A stretch of DNA of 64,000 nt from the human T2T-CHM13v2.0 reference genome, Homo sapiens. The stretch lies in assembly GCF_009914755.1 (NCBI RefSeq), contig NC_060928.1; one strand, written 5' to 3'. Shown here piece after piece: positions 39,508-54,523 of the stretch. Below the pieces are notes generated by a model that was not told the origin of the DNA, searched no databases, and worked only from the letters and a program-made list of their open reading frames with translations. Each line of letters begins with the position of its first letter. Within the stretch, counting starts at the first letter, position 1. A program made the position numbers and the translations under genes.

Positions 39508-41664
39508 CTCTAGCCCATATTCTGTCAAAAAAACTTTACCCACTCCAAGTTTATTAAGATAGTCTCTTCTTTTCTCCTAGAAGATTATTTCTTTTAACTT
39601 TTATATTTAGGTATATGACCCATCTCAATTTAATTTTTGTGTTTGATATGAAGTCTGGTCAAGTTTTATGTTTTATAGATATCCAATTTTTCTGTGCCAT
39701 CTGTTCAAAGGACTTTCTTATTCTCATTAAATCACTTTAACAACTTTTGCCAAAAGTTAATTGATTATGTAATTAGGGGTTTATTGCTGCATTCTCTGCT
39801 TTCTTTCATTGATCCATTTGTCTACATTTAAGCCAATGCAACAGGGTTTGCTATAGGGTTATGGTAATCCTGAAATAAGTAGTGTACATTCTCCAAGCAA
39901 TCTTTTGCAAGTTTATCATCTAGTCAATTATTTCTTCTTCTGGCTCCTCCACAACTAAATCTCTTGGACTTCTGTCCCCCATGGGCGGAATATCTGAGCA
40001 TTTCTTCACTTTTCCTAACAGAAAGACTCACATAGTCATTCTCTTTCACTTATAAAGGCCTGTAATCTTTATCCATGTAACTATTTGGGTAACAGAAGAC
40101 AATGTCTAGACTCAGGCTTACTTCAAGAGGCACATCTGAGGTTACCAGCCTCAAGATTTAAATGTAGAGTGGAAAATAGAATATTCTTTTGTATTAAGTC
40201 CAAGCCAAAGTTTTTAATTGGGCTTTAAGGTTTCCTTGCACTGGGAGTTGCTGGGTGCTTACACACAGAAGTAAAATTGACATCTATTTTCTGCATCCCT
40301 TGTGAGTGTTACCAATACACTACAAATTAGAAACCTATAGAGGACAAGAAGGGAGAGGCATCGTGATTCCTCTCTTCTGCTGAATCACTGCAGAATTCAG
40401 TAGTTTGGTGTTTTTACCATAACATAATTTTCAGAGCAATATTATTGGAAGATTTCCTTAGAAATAAACAAAAAAAAAGAGATAACTTTCACACAAACAT
40501 CATGGAATATTTTTTAATGTTTTGTGGCTTCCTGTATAATTCTCTTCTAACAATAATTGAAAATCTAATTTCAACTAATTTGTTTTCAATAGAAAACATA
40601 GGGAACTTCTGCTGAGAACAGGATAAAACTTTATTCATTTATTTGCAAATGCACATATAAAGCTTAGAATGGTTTTGCTATTGGTAACATGAACTATCTT
40701 TGACAGACATTTAAAGTGGAGAAGTAAAGTAGATTAATTTAACTCAGCTTTTCTCCCATTCCAAACAGATTGATCTTCAATAAACAGAAAATGGAAACCC
40801 TAAAACAGTACCATTATCCACTTAGAATACAGCAGGCTGAAACCAGCAACAAAATGAAGATATATATTTCCAGCCTATATTTTGAGCATCGTGGAACTTT
40901 CTGGATGCAGCACAAACCAGGGGGGAGTTACCATTCTGTAGGAATTGTGGCCAATGTGGATAAAGAACTACCACTGAAAAGATGGAAGCCTACAGAACAG
41001 ACCAAAAGATAAATGTTCTCTGAGTTTCTAAAATGCTTAGATGGGTTTCATGACTTTTGCACCTTCTGAAACTGAATTTTCTATTAATGAAACCACAAAA
41101 ATAATATGATATTTTTGGGAGTTTATACTCAAAGTTGGCTAACAATAATGAAGTGGAATGGAGACACTTAGGGACTCTATTATAGATGGCATGACAGGAA
41201 TAGATAGCATAAATAATTGGTATCTTTAAACTCCTGAGGCCGACTCTAAACAATATCTTTCATATCTATGTTCTCCTTCTTTTAAATCCATGTATTTCAT
41301 AAGTCCTGATAACTTAAATGATTGAATTCCACAAAGGTGTCCTGACTCAGCTCACCCTCTCCTGGAGGTGTTAATGAACAGTGAAACAGTGACGAAAACA
41401 GTAGCAGAGTGAATAAAGGAGCTGATGGGAACAAAAGATTGTGTTTTTTTTATTTGATCTTTAAAATATAGAGTACTGATATTGTCATAATAAAAGCTAA
41501 GGCATAGAATGCATTTAATCCTATACATTTTCCACTTGGCTTTCAGTGATGCATAAGACTTACTAAGATTGGCATACTATATAAAGGCCTCAAAAGGAGG
41601 TATGTACTGTGTTAAGTTCTTTGCATGCATTATCTCTAGTCGGTCCTTAAATGGTGAAGCTGTA

Positions 41665-41925
41665 CAGTGTAGGAAAGATACAGTATAAGGTAATGATTAA
41701 AAACTTACCCTAGAGGCAGATACCTGGATTAGAATCCTAGTTCTTCCACGTATTTGCTGTATGATTTTGAGCAAGCTACTTAAATTATATTCTCTTCAGC
41801 ATTTTTTTTTGTAAAGTAGAGGTAATAATGTTTATCATTCTGGGCATTTGTAAACTTAAATATATTTTTAAATAAAGAATGCTTAAAACATGCTTACTAC
41901 AAAATGAACCCTTAGTAAATTATGT
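41665..41925 (+). mobile_element. MIR
   Basis: ctagaggcagatacctggattagaatcctagttcttccac...gctgtatgattttgagcaagctacttaa. Confidence 0.7.
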
Positions 41926-42769
41926 ACAAATGTAATAAGTTGGATACACTTAAAAGGGTTAATTATAATTCTTAAGTTCTCACAGTTTTAGTGGTGAAAA
42001 TGGGCCAAAAACCAAGATCTGATTTAAAAGTGAAAGTTCACGTTGAATGCATATCCTATATACTGTCACTTTCCTTTCATCTAATTAAGTATTTAGAACA
42101 AATGATTATATTTGCAGAATACATCTGTAGAGTAATGTTTTAAAAGAAACAAATGCCTCTGCCATGCTAGTTGACAAATGATATTTTAGCAAGGTGATGC
42201 CTAGAAAAGATGCTCTAATATTTGCAATAATCCCAAGGCAGCTTTTAACTCATAAATGAAAATGGCTTTCCTCTGTAGAAAACTTGTCAAGTAACTGATT
42301 ATTATTATCTTGTAAAGGCCAGTTGATGTCTTCCTCATTCATAGCCCAACAATGTTCCAAGGAGGAAGAGGTCATTTAGAGAGAAACCTGAGACACTAAT
42401 CAAGTTGACTACAAGTGACTTTTTTCCTCAACATCTCTTTCTTCATGTATTTTTTTAAAAAAGGTTTTAACTAGATTATCACTAAAATCTGTTACAGGTG
42501 TTTTTCCAACTGCATACCATTACTATCAGGGGAGAAAGGAGGGGAGATGATGAAAAAGCATCTAGCTGTTCTGGCAAAATTACCCAGATCACATACCTAA
42601 CCCAACTTGTGTATTATTACTTAATGTTTAACAAGAGGGAGCAAAGATGTGTCAAATTAATTGTCTAATAATAATCTTACATAAGACATAAGATGACATA
42701 AGACAAAGACTACATTCATAAAGGAAATAATGAACCCTCATATTTATAAAAAGCTTTAGTTTAAAGTAC

Positions 42770-43000
42770 TATGTAATATGCAAAGACACACAGAGCGGTA
42801 TATTAGACACTGAGACTCAGAAGAGGGGAGCATGGGAGCAGTTGGAGGGATCAAAAGCTATTTATTGGGTACAATGTACACTGCTCGGGTGGCAGTTGTA
42901 CTAAAATTTCAGACTTTACTGCTATATAATTCATCCATGTAACCAAAACCACTTGTATCCCTAAAACTACTGAAATAAAAAATTAAAATAAAAAATAAAA
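42770..43000 (+). mobile_element. L1PB4-like 3' end
   Basis: attgggtacaatgtacactgctcgggtg...tcagacttt...attcatccatgtaaccaaaaccacttgta, A-rich tail. Confidence 0.85.
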
Positions 43001-43136
43001 TCAAGTGTTACATATTGAACATTGAATTTACAAAAACCTTACAAAGTAGCTGTTATTACTGTCTTTACAGCAAAGGAAAAGAGCACTTTCAGCAATTTTA
43101 AGGTGTCTAATGAAAGAAATCATTTTAAGAATTTAA

Positions 43137-43433
<297 letters not shown>

Positions 43434-43659
43434 AAGAATTTCAATCAAGTCTTTGATTCTAAGTCCAAAATTTGGTTACTACACCATAGCTATGTGTCTG
43501 TTAAGTTAGCATCTTCGTGCTCTATAATGTTTTTCTATCTCTTTGCATTCATTTTTCTTTTAAAAAAGCAACAAAAAGTTTGAGTCTATATATTTATGTT
43601 ATACAAAATACCATTATGATATAGAAATGCAAAATTAAATGAGAAAGAATATTCTCTAA

Positions 43660-43840
43660 AGGTTAATGGTGCAAGAATGGATCCTGATTTAGATCCTGGC
43701 TTTACCACTTACTTAGTTGGGTCAAACTGCTTAACTTCTGTATGTCTTAAGAACTTCACCTGTGAAACTTAGATCATAACTCTATCGCTTAGGGCTGTGA
43801 GAACTCAGAAACACATATCATAAAATGCTCACATAACATT
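43660..43840 (+). mobile_element. MIR
   Basis: atcctggctttaccacttactta...ctgcttaacttctgtatgtct...tcacctgtgaaa. Confidence 0.6.
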
Positions 43841-45589
43841 CCAAAACGGGTCCCCTTTTTGTGATTCATTCATTTATTTGAAAAATGCATATGTCCTGAA
43901 TAAGTGGGACAAATAAAAGATGTAAATCATTACTCATTCTCATAAAAAATAGTTGTAAGCCTAAATACAAGTTGGGCCATATGAGTGGTATAGAAACATC
44001 GTAGAGTTGTATAAATTGAGAGGATACTTAATTAACATTTAAGAAAAAAAAAGCTTGTTGTTACTTAAGTACATTATGGCATAAATCTGCAATGATTAAT
44101 TGCTTACTAGTTCTAACAATCTTAAGTACCCATCCTCAAATAACCTTTTCAAAACATTAATGCATAACATTCATGAGAAAATAACTATGGTCCTATTAAT
44201 TCTCTTATCCATGGCTAATGCATAACAAACAAAATACCAATTTCAAAATCCCAGAAAACATTGTTTAGTGATGACAAAGTAGTAGACAAAACTATCTCTT
44301 ATTTCTCCGTGACTCTATAATTAGCAAAATGACTACAATTTAAAAAAAAATTGTAAGCACAGCTAGTGCCTTTAATGGCAGGCTATTTATCCTAAAGAGT
44401 TGAAGTGAACTGTAAAACCATTATGGTCTACAGTTGGGACTCAGAGCCTTAGGTATTGTATTTAATTAATGTTTGATTAAGTATAACATGAGCAGAATAT
44501 GTTTATAATCTTTTCTTTGGGGAATTATGATGAGGAAGAAGAACACAGATGATTTCGCTAAGCTTCCAATAGCAGGCTGTGACCTGTTTTATTCCCCCAG
44601 TCTTTGATGAACACACGCATTCAGAAACTAGTTGACTGGTTTGGTAAAAATTTTACAACATAGTTTGCTACTATTTGATGTCAATCTTGCCTTTTAATGA
44701 GAAGAAAAGCCCAAGGAGGAAAAAAAGCGGGAAAAAGCTAGTAAAATAAATATGGAGTTTTTCCTCTAATTTGTGATTCTGAGGGCTAGCACTCATGTGT
44801 ACATCTAAACATGTACTGTTTGTACTAAAGACCTGATTTTGAGGTAAGTCCCTCATTTTGCTCATTTCAAATAGGAATGGGAAGGCATTTTATAACAGCT
44901 GCTTATCAGAATTGCTTCTGGATATTAAGCCTTCCTCAGAATCAGCTGGATGTTTAAGTGTTGGACTGTACAGAAAAATGCAAAGAACTGAATTTGCTGC
45001 ATACCACCTGGGGAGTAGGACCTCATTAGGAAGGAATGTGTTTGCAGAGGGAGACATGACCAGGTCGGATCAAGTTCCGGTGGTTTTGAAAATAATGCAG
45101 AGTCAGGTGAGTAGTTACAGTGGAAGGTCAAACTTTTCTATGTTTAGCCATGTGTTAATTAATAAGAAATGTTCTGTAAATATACATTCTTAATTGCCAC
45201 TAAATTAAACATTCATTTGTAACATTTGCTTGAAAAACATTAATTTCTTAATGAGTATGAAATGAATAGGTCATACTGGGAGTGCACACAGAACTCTTCA
45301 TAATGCATTAGTAAAAGGAACTAACTGATGATAGTAAATTTTGAGCTTCATAAGAATATAAGAAACACTCTCCATGAATATAAATATTTATGGTTATTAT
45401 TAATATCCTCCTAAAATATGAATTACTAAAAAATCGGAGAGTATTTTGTTTACACTATAAATACTAAATACAGTAGATTGTTTTACTTTGTATGCTGGAG
45501 TCAATCATTCAAACTATCTGTGTAATTGAAATAGACATCAATCATTTTGCCTGCATTATCCACAGCTACTTTAAAGAGAAATTCCCTCT

Positions 45590-46222
45590 TCTCATTCTTG
45601 TCATTTTACTAAATATTCCACAGCCAGCCCTCATAATGTTTCCTTAAAAACATAAATCAGTTGATATCACTACTTTGCTCAAATGCTCAAACGAATTTTC
45701 AACTAAAAAAGTAAGATTCAAAGTCCTTTCTGTGGCCTAAAATTTCACTCCCTTATAGACCTCATTTTTTATCATTCTCCTGCTGCTCTCTGCTACAGTA
45801 ACATTGTCATCCTTGGCTGTTCCCCAAACTTTCCAAAGCGTGCTGACATCACAGGACACCTAGAACACCATTCTCCCAGATAGTTATATGGCTTCCTCCA
45901 TCTCAACCTTAATGCATCTTTTCAAATATCACCTTATCAGAGAAGTCTTCTCTAATTAATTTAGCAATAGTATTAATAGCAGCCCTATCACATTTCCGTT
46001 ATATCCTGCTTTGTATTTCTCCCAGAAGACCTATTACCTCCTGAGACACTGAATATTTATGTATCCATTTCTTTGCTGTGCATTTCTCCCTTCTTCAATT
46101 TCACCTCAACTGGATCAAGATTTTGTCCATTTTGACCGCAGGTGTAACTCAGAGCCTGGAACAATGTCTGAAACATAGTAGGCACCTAATAAATGTTGTT
46201 GAACAAATAACAGAATGAATAG
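45590..46222 (+). mobile_element. L2a 3' region
   Basis: tccacagcagcc, aaatatcaccttatcagagaag, gagcctggaacaatgtctgaaacatagtaggcacctaataaatgttgttgaa. Confidence 0.8.
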
Positions 46223-47542
46223 TTACAAACCCAGGTTAAGACATAACTATCATTAGGCTTTTGTTTTCCCCACTAGCCCTCTCCTTTCTGACCACCGTTG
46301 ATTAGAAGCTACATAATTTGAAGGTGGCTGATGCATAAGATAGGCAGAGTCCTACGATATGACATAATACAAAAAAAGCTCAAATAGTCTAATCATACTC
46401 TCCTTGATGTTTAAATTTGATCTAGCAAATATCAAGATAATGAGGCAATTTGTATTCGAAGATAAAGCTGGAAAACTATTTTGAGAGGGTTGGGATACAA
46501 TGGGGACTATGTGGGGTCACAGAGAGCAAATGTTGTAAAGAAGCAGAAATCGTGAGCAGATCCAAAAATAAGCTGAGTTGCCATAAGCACACACCAGGAA
46601 TGAGAGAGAGGCACACAAGTAGCTTGTTCATAAATGCCTCCATTCCTGGCATGTTTTCCAGTTCTATATACAATACAATCAGGCAATTTTGTTTGGTATC
46701 CATACACAATACAATCAAACAAATTTTCACTTTGTTCTGGGTAACTCAGTGAGATGATCCCTTCCTAATTTAAAAAAATTTTTTAAAGCCTGTAAGCCAA
46801 TTTTTTCATAATTGTGACTACTAATAATTACAAATGTCAGATGAAGCCTTATAAGAAAGTTCATTTGGAATAATCCACCGCTTATCCAAATGTATCCTTC
46901 AGAACCTCTGGAGATATGGATCTTTGTGATGTGAGGTTCATAAATGGTTCATTTTTATTGTTGTGGGCTTCCATGTTCTAACTGAAAATGAATTGTTGTT
47001 ATTTAGTTCACAAATAATAGTGGAATCATGTTCAAGTTATATCTTTGTGTCTCAGTTTATCATCTTCAAAAATAGGGATGATGCCTCCTTATAGTATTTG
47101 TTTGATGATAGGTACAATGCTTGACACAAAGTGTATTCTCCCAAAAGTCCAATCACATATATTCTTTCTCTCCCTCTTTTTCTTTCTCTACGTAGGTGCA
47201 TGTGTGTTGTGCATAATTTTAATATGCTGTGTCTATGTGGACTGAAAATTCAAATTAAGGAACAGTAAACCATTTAGAAGTGAAAATGTTTCTGGATTTG
47301 TGATCTTTGTGACTCTTCATTAGAGCTTAAGCCCTATCCTCTCTTAAATCTCTGCTCTATTTATTAGTGGGTCCATGTCTACTCACTGAGTTGGTAGGTG
47401 GGGTTTTTCTTGAAAGACATAGTTATGTGTCCCCTTAGGACCTTAGTATGGGATACATACAGTATTATTGTGTGACACATACTCTTTTGTCTTTTTAATT
47501 GTTCAGTGTTTCCTAAAAGAGCTGAGTTTTAAAATATCCCAC

Positions 47543-47902
47543 TGTACTAGTTTTCTTGGGATGCCATAACCGAATATCATACATGAGGTGGCTTAAACAG
47601 CAGATGTTTATTTCTCACAGTTCTGGTGGCTCATGGGTCAAGGTGTCCACTGATTTCGTTTCTGGTGAGGGCTCTCCTCCTGACTTGCACATGCCACCTG
47701 TTTGCTGTGTCTTCACATGGTCAAGAGCGATCACTCTAGTGTCTCTTTCTCCTCTTTTAAGGGCACCAGCCCTGTTGGATTGGAGCCTCACTTAATTAAA
47801 CCTTTATCACCTCCTCACAGGCCCTATCTCTCAATAGTCACACTGGGGTTTTGACCTTCAACATATGAATTTAGGGGGAAAGAAAATTTTTACTCCATAA
47901 CA
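47543..47902 (-). mobile_element. MLT1A/B-like MaLR solo LTR
   Basis: ggtggcttaaacagcag..tttatttctcacagttctgg...ttcaacatatgaattt...ccataaca; perfect TSD cccac (47538-47542, 47903-47907). Confidence 0.88.
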
Positions 47903-49137
47903 CCCACTATTTGGCCCCACATAAATACAGTAGTGATAGAGACTTGTGACCATGTTGAAGGCCTTCCTTGGTACTTGGATTTCTTTTAATGGTTTCCAAA
48001 ACAATCTTTTTGGAATTGAGTCAGGTTGCAGTTCACTTACTTGGCTAAAACATATGTGCATGCACACACACACACACACACAATTTATTTTAAACATTAG
48101 CGTTTACTGTTACTTTAGAAATTGTTCTATGCCTGAAAGAGATGGGAGAAAAATAATGTTACTTGGTGTATCACCTGATTTAAATATATGAAGTAGGAAA
48201 AATAGAAACAATAATTATTAGGTATCTTCAATTCATTCATCCTTAACTCTGTGTCAAAAACAGGAAAGAAAAAAAAATGAAGGCATTTTTACCCATGAGT
48301 GGTAACAGAATTAAATTGAAACTATTCTAAGAATAACTAGGCCCTGTTTATTCATAGTATAGACTATCATTTATTCATCTAGGACTCTCATAAAAGTGAA
48401 GAAAATGTAAAACTTTGAGTTACATTTAGAGAAATGTACAGTGTCTCATTTGTACTTAATTACAAAATAACAGATCTATTTATTAATTCCAAATAATTGA
48501 ATATAAAGTTCAACAGTATTAAGATAGGAGTGCTGTGCAGAACTTGATAGAATGTATCATGTGTAAAATAAACAGAAGAGAATGCTACAGGAAAGTCAGA
48601 GAAAGGAGAGCAGTGTACCAAAACCTCCAAAAAATTCAATAGTAAGAAAAGAGAGATCCAGTCGAATGGCCAGTTTGACTTGTTTTCCCTCTTACTAAGC
48701 ATGTCTTCCTTTTTTGGTTCAAGAAGCGTATTACTTTTTCCATTCAACTTTCAGTTCAAGGACAATATCCTGCAGGAAGCCTGTGCTAACCATTACAAGA
48801 GAATGTGGATTTCTCACATCTCTACTTGTCCACTCTCTATGGCTCATTTTCATTCCTATCTAGTATTGCTGGCAGATTGACTTTTATAAAATTATCTACA
48901 ATGTCACTAAATTCAAGCTCATTTCTGGCTGACTTTTTTTAGGTTCCTAGGGATAAAATGTCATCTCCCTATAATATGATTATCTCTCCCTTTCCACCAT
49001 TTATTACTTCTAATTTAATTTCTGGCTTCTATCATTGATGAGAACAAAATTTCTAAATTATATTAAATAATAATGGTGAAGCAGAAATCATATAATCATT
49101 TCTCAATATAAAGACAAAGTTTTAAAATTTTGATTTC

Positions 49138-49473
49138 ATAAGCCAGGCACAAAAAGACAAATATCACATTCTCATTTATATGTGGAAGCTAAAATATTTG
49201 AAGATGTGGAGGTAGAGAGTGGAAAAATAGGTAACACAGACTGGGGAGAATGAAGGCTGACAGAGACGATGAAGAAATAGATTAAAGGGTACAAATATGC
49301 AGTAAGTTAGAAGGATTAAATTCAATGTTTGATAGCAGAGTAGGATAACTATACTTTAAAATGTATTGTGCTTGGATGATGGACACCCTAAATATGACTT
49401 ATCACAAAGCATTATATGCATATAAAAAAATTCTTATGTATCCCATACATTTGCAAAAATAACAAAATAAAAA
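49138..49473 (+). mobile_element. L1MA4-like 3' end
   Basis: ataagccaggcacaaaaagacaaatatcaca...ttcaatgtttgatagcagagtagg...gatggacac. Confidence 0.8.
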
Positions 49474-50012
49474 TTTTATCTCAAATATTTTAATAAAGAA
49501 AAATCATTCTAATGCTATTAAACTCAATTTTAAAACTTGAGATGGGTCTTTTAAGGTACTCATTTGAGCATATATTTCATTGATAAAATAATTTTTTATT
49601 GATTTAGTAACTTGCATTCTTGAATCAAACCCTTTCTGTAGTGTTGCATCATGTTTAATTCTAGTTGTTAGTATTTCTATCTGAATGTTTTATTATGTAC
49701 ATGTATGAAATCAGTATAAAGTTTCCTATTTTAATTAAATTATCAAGTTTGATGTTGAGATATTAACTGTATATGATGAATTTGTTAATCTCACATTGTT
49801 TTCATGATTTGAAATGGACAATGTAATATGCTAATTATATTTTTCTTCTAACTTCTAAAGATTTCACCAGTGAACACGTAATGATGTGGCTTTTTCATGC
49901 AGTATTTTCATATTTTTATAATTATTTCATTAGCTATTTTCTACTATTTTAATAATTCTGCTTTAATAATTTGGTGTTGAAATTTAAAAAATCAAATCAT
50001 TTAAAATTTATA

Positions 50013-50052
50013 ATATACAATTAGTGTATATGATATACAATTAGTGTATATG
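50013..50052. repeat. Perfect 20-bp tandem duplication
   Basis: atatacaattagtgtatatg x2. Confidence 0.95.
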
Positions 50053-50284
50053 TATATAATATTTATTATCACTTTTTACATCTTTTTCTCTTAATTTGTA
50101 TGGCTTCTTTCTTGCTTTCTTTTTTTCAGAACCAGATCTTACAGTAACCAATTCCTGTATTTTATTATTGCTATAAACCAGATAAATTTTGTAATAATTG
50201 GTTTGGTCAGACAGTACTCACAAATTGCTCTAAGCTGAGAATTGACCATTCTACTCTTCCAGGTTTCAGCTTATGTCAACTGTT

Positions 50285-50525
50285 ATAGCATGGTGGTTAA
50301 CCATGTGGATTCTGGAACGCAACTTTCTAGGCATGAGTCTCAGATTTACCACTTACCAACTGTGAAGTCAAGCAAGTTATTATACACTGTGTGCTTCAGT
50401 ATCTCATCGGAAAAATCAGGAAATATGAGTAGATACTTCACAGGGTGGTGTTGAGAATTAAATGCATTAATTCACATACAGCATTTAGAAGACTGGCACA
50501 GAGTGAGTACTTGATAAATATAAAG
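50285..50525 (+). mobile_element. MIR (near full length)
   Basis: atagcatggtggttaaccatgtggattctgga...cagggtggtgttgagaattaaatg...ctggcacagagtgagtacttgataaata. Confidence 0.8.
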
Positions 50526-52721
50526 CAATTATATTGATTTTTGTTCTACTTGATGGCATAACAATATTACAAGTAAATACGATATGTGAGAGGGTTATTT
50601 ATCTGATTCCCTTCTGCTGCCTCTTTCATTGCAGGAAAAACAACAACAGCAACAACAACAACAAAACGATCAGGAATCTTGCCTGAAAGTAACAAACTAT
50701 TCTGGTTGTTTGTTTAAATATCTGGGTTTATGACCCATCATCATCTCTCTAAGCAATAGATAAATGCAATGACTCATCAGCATTTTTCTGCATATGGATA
50801 CCAAACTCCTGACAAAAAAAATGAAAACACCTGAATCTAAAGAGGCATGTGTATAAATATCCACTCAAGTAAACAAAAATAACATAGCACCCTATAAACT
50901 ATCACCATGGGCTGCAAGGGACCACTGTAAGCAACCATTTTTAGAAAATAAAGCAGAGCTTCAAGCGAATGTAACAAAGCCATGTGCCTTTAGAATCAGC
51001 CATAAGGCATGGAGTTTATTAAATATAACTAGATGCTTATTCATTCTTTAACCCTGCAGTAAAACCTTGGGGAAATAGGCAGGTGTGATCAAAACACTAA
51101 GTAGGATTCTATCTTTTTTTACAATCTGCAAAGGTAGTTTCTTAGTGCTGTAAGTGCTTTCAAGTTTTTGTGATGATGAGATGTCTGCAGACTACATCAA
51201 ACTAAGGAAGTCGTTTTTTAGATCCATAGGGTAACACAAGAACTTGATGCTTCTAGGATGCGATTCTGAGGCTTACTCAGGACACTGGCCATAAGCAATT
51301 TCTGGTTCTCATCCTTTAATCTCTTTGACTTCCCATATTTTACTTGCAAGTATTCCCAGTTTCATTTACTTTCCAAGTATCATTTGTACTTCAAAGATGC
51401 TTACAGCTTCATTTAATCTGTGAATATAAAAAAAAAAGTAAACTGAACGAAGAAGTGTACTCCATGGGCTAATATAGATACTTGAAAATCAGTTGAAAGT
51501 ACTCTTCACTGCAATGACTTTCCTTGAGAAATGAGAAAATGAATATGAAAATGTGTAACCAGGAGAGATATTTTGAAAAGTGTATTCACAAAACAAGTAA
51601 GAAATGAATTAATAATATATTTAAATTGACATCAACAATTTTATTTTTAAAATAATCATAAAAGGTGGCATTCAGGAAGTGTTTGTCTTTGTAATTTTTC
51701 ATGGAAAGAGAATCTGCTGACTAAAGCTTCTGTACGATTAATCTGCCAGTCCTAAGTGGAATACAAAATTTGTGATGTACAGAAAGTGTCAGACTCAACT
51801 AATTATACTTTTTGCCTTATGAATTAACTATTACTATTGATTTTCTGATATTCTGGCTTTTTTTTCAATGTTTTTAAGAGCTATAACCACTGCAGTATCG
51901 CTTATCCTCTGAAAAACACAACCTCACTCAAAGGGAAATTTTTAGTGGTTGTAATTTTCCTACAGTTGGGTTTATGATCGGAAGAAGACATCCCAGGGCT
52001 TATCCAATCTTCTTTCCAGCATTCCCTCCCCTCTTGACTCCTATATAAGTAGAAGAGTTAGTAAATGACTTTGCTCCTTGGTTGGAGAGAGATACTCCCG
52101 ATATTCACGTTTGTGTATGTAAAGGCTACAATGATAGTTCACTGAAGCACTATAAAAGTAACACACAATATGGAACAGAAAAGACTGCTAAAAAGGTAAT
52201 CTGGAAAATTAAGCAGTTTGCAATTGTAAATTAACAATTATATCACTGTACTGCTCAAGAAATGATGCAGAAGAATCATATAGAATACAACTGAGAAATG
52301 GTATATATTTCCAAAGGAAAATGGCTAGGATTTTGTAGCAATTTACTCTTTGCTTTTATTTATAAATGCATTAACTCTTCAAGTTGCTAATCCTGAGGCA
52401 GAATTCAGTCTTCACTCCCAGCCTATTTCTCCTCTATTCTTACATTCATAATTATTAACACTATAATCCAGATACTGAAGTTGGAAACTATGTAATCATC
52501 CTGGAGATCTGACTTTCCCTCTCCTACTGTGCATGATCAAGCAGCTCTCAACCTTCTCTCCCTCTCCCACACTGCAGACATACCTAATAGACAGTATGCT
52601 AGCACTGCCATGGACAGATTTGATTTTTCAGAGCTGTAAAATAGAAAAAAAAATTGGGTTTACGTTTTGTACAAGCTACAATTTTTACTTGCTTCTTGTC
52701 CAGTTTCTCTCTAAAATTCAT

Positions 52722-52752
<31 letters not shown>

Positions 52753-53574
52753 ATGAAAACTACTGATCTAAGCATAGTGTTGTCATTTATACCTTCTTAT
52801 TCCACTTTCCCCCTCCACTTACTCCTCACTATTGCCTTATCTTAGGCATCCGTCATCCCTCTCCAGAGTATAACAACTGGTACCAGAATAGCTCCTCTAC
52901 CTATTGCCATTCCTCTCTCCAATCCCTTTTTTCTTTATTAATCTTCCTGAAATTCAAATCCAATCAAGTCAGGCCTTTGTTTCAAGCTTTTATTCACTCC
53001 CTGGTGACTTTGTCACTAGCTCCCTATGACTCCACAGCCTTCATTTAGGTGTTTAAAAAATAAAAAGTAAAATAAAATATTTTCCTGAGACAACAATCCA
53101 TTATGCTACCTCAATTATCCTGTGAAAATGGATGTATATTCTACCAATAAATATATGAATTGCCCAAGGAACCCATCCAATTGTGTATAGTGTGTATTAT
53201 TCTATAGATTATTCTATAAATATCTATAGTATTTATAGATACTATAAAAGAAGTATTCTTAGGGAAATAATATGATACTGTAAAGAGAGGAATCATTAGA
53301 AATAAGTCACAAATATGAAATGGTATTTGGACTTTGAGCAATAGAACATGGAAAAACACTGTGCAGAATGAAGAGTCAGCATAACTGGTGAGGTGCTTAG
53401 GTTGACATTTGATGCCTTTACACATTTTAAGTTATTATAATTATTTTTGTTGCTCTTGTAGTGCTGCAATTGACTGAAATCTTTTTGAATATAGATACTA
53501 TGTTCTATTTCTCTTTGAAATGTAACATATAATGGAAAAAGCATAGTATTTGTAACCATGTAAATTTGATTTTG

Positions 53575-53755
53575 ATTACAAGACCAGCTATTCATTAGAT
53601 GTAAGAGACTTTGAAAGTTACTTAATTATCTCAGTCACCTATCTCCTTTTTAGATTACAAATAGTAACAGTCAAAGGATTTGCATGAAGAGTAAATGAAA
53701 TAAATTATGTCAAGTTTCTAGCACAAAGACTACTTATAATATACATCAATAAATG
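53575..53755 (+). mobile_element. MIR relic followed by (TG)n
   Basis: actttgaaagttacttaattatctc...gagtaaatgaaataaattatgt...ctagcaca...tcaataaatgg. Confidence 0.6.
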
Positions 53756-54523
53756 GCTGTGTGTGTGTGTGCGTGCATGTGTGTGTCTCTAAGTGTGTGT
53801 TTAGTAGGTATTTGGCAAACAATTATCTAGATGGATTTTTCTTACTAACATTCTGTTTCTAACTATAGTCTTTACCACTCAGCACATGCTGCAAGGATCC
53901 AGCAATGGAAGGAAAGATTCTGTGTGATTTTGAAAAGTCACAAAAAGGATTAAAAAAAAGTTGAAAAGAATCAGGATAATTAAGCATAGCAGCCTGTATA
54001 GAAAAATGGAAAAGTTCAAGGTGAAGCCTGTCAAAGTATTACTAACTAAATAGGTGTTCTCTCACACTTTCTGGATCTTAAGAGTAAATCTCATCCGAGT
54101 CCTTTCTCTCCAATTCAACTCAATAGTGGAGGTTTAAACTTAATTCCTGCCTTAGCCTATAATATATGTTTTATCTTAATCTCTTATCTTTGAGAACACT
54201 TGATAATATTTTTACAGTAAGTACTTTAGTCAAACGAGAGAAATTGGTCTCACAAACTTACTTTCAAAAGCAATCATACATTTTAAAATATTTTATTTAA
54301 AAATTAGCATATGCACAATATATGATTTTAAACCCAAATTACACACGTATACCATATCATAAAGAAAGACAAATTTATAGTAACAAATACTTCAGGAAAA
54401 ATACTGTTAATAGAATAGCATTGATAGAATAAAATAATTCAAACTTGAAAGACGAGTTCTGAGGAAAAATGTCCAAAACTATTTTACCAAAACACATCAC
54501 CATTATAAACCAAAAATGGAGGC

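Noticed and set aside
46270-46760. Overlapping ORFs and a possible ancient LTR with a short imperfect repeat (46666-46727)
   Set aside because: Too diverged to assign; the peptides resemble nothing I recognise.
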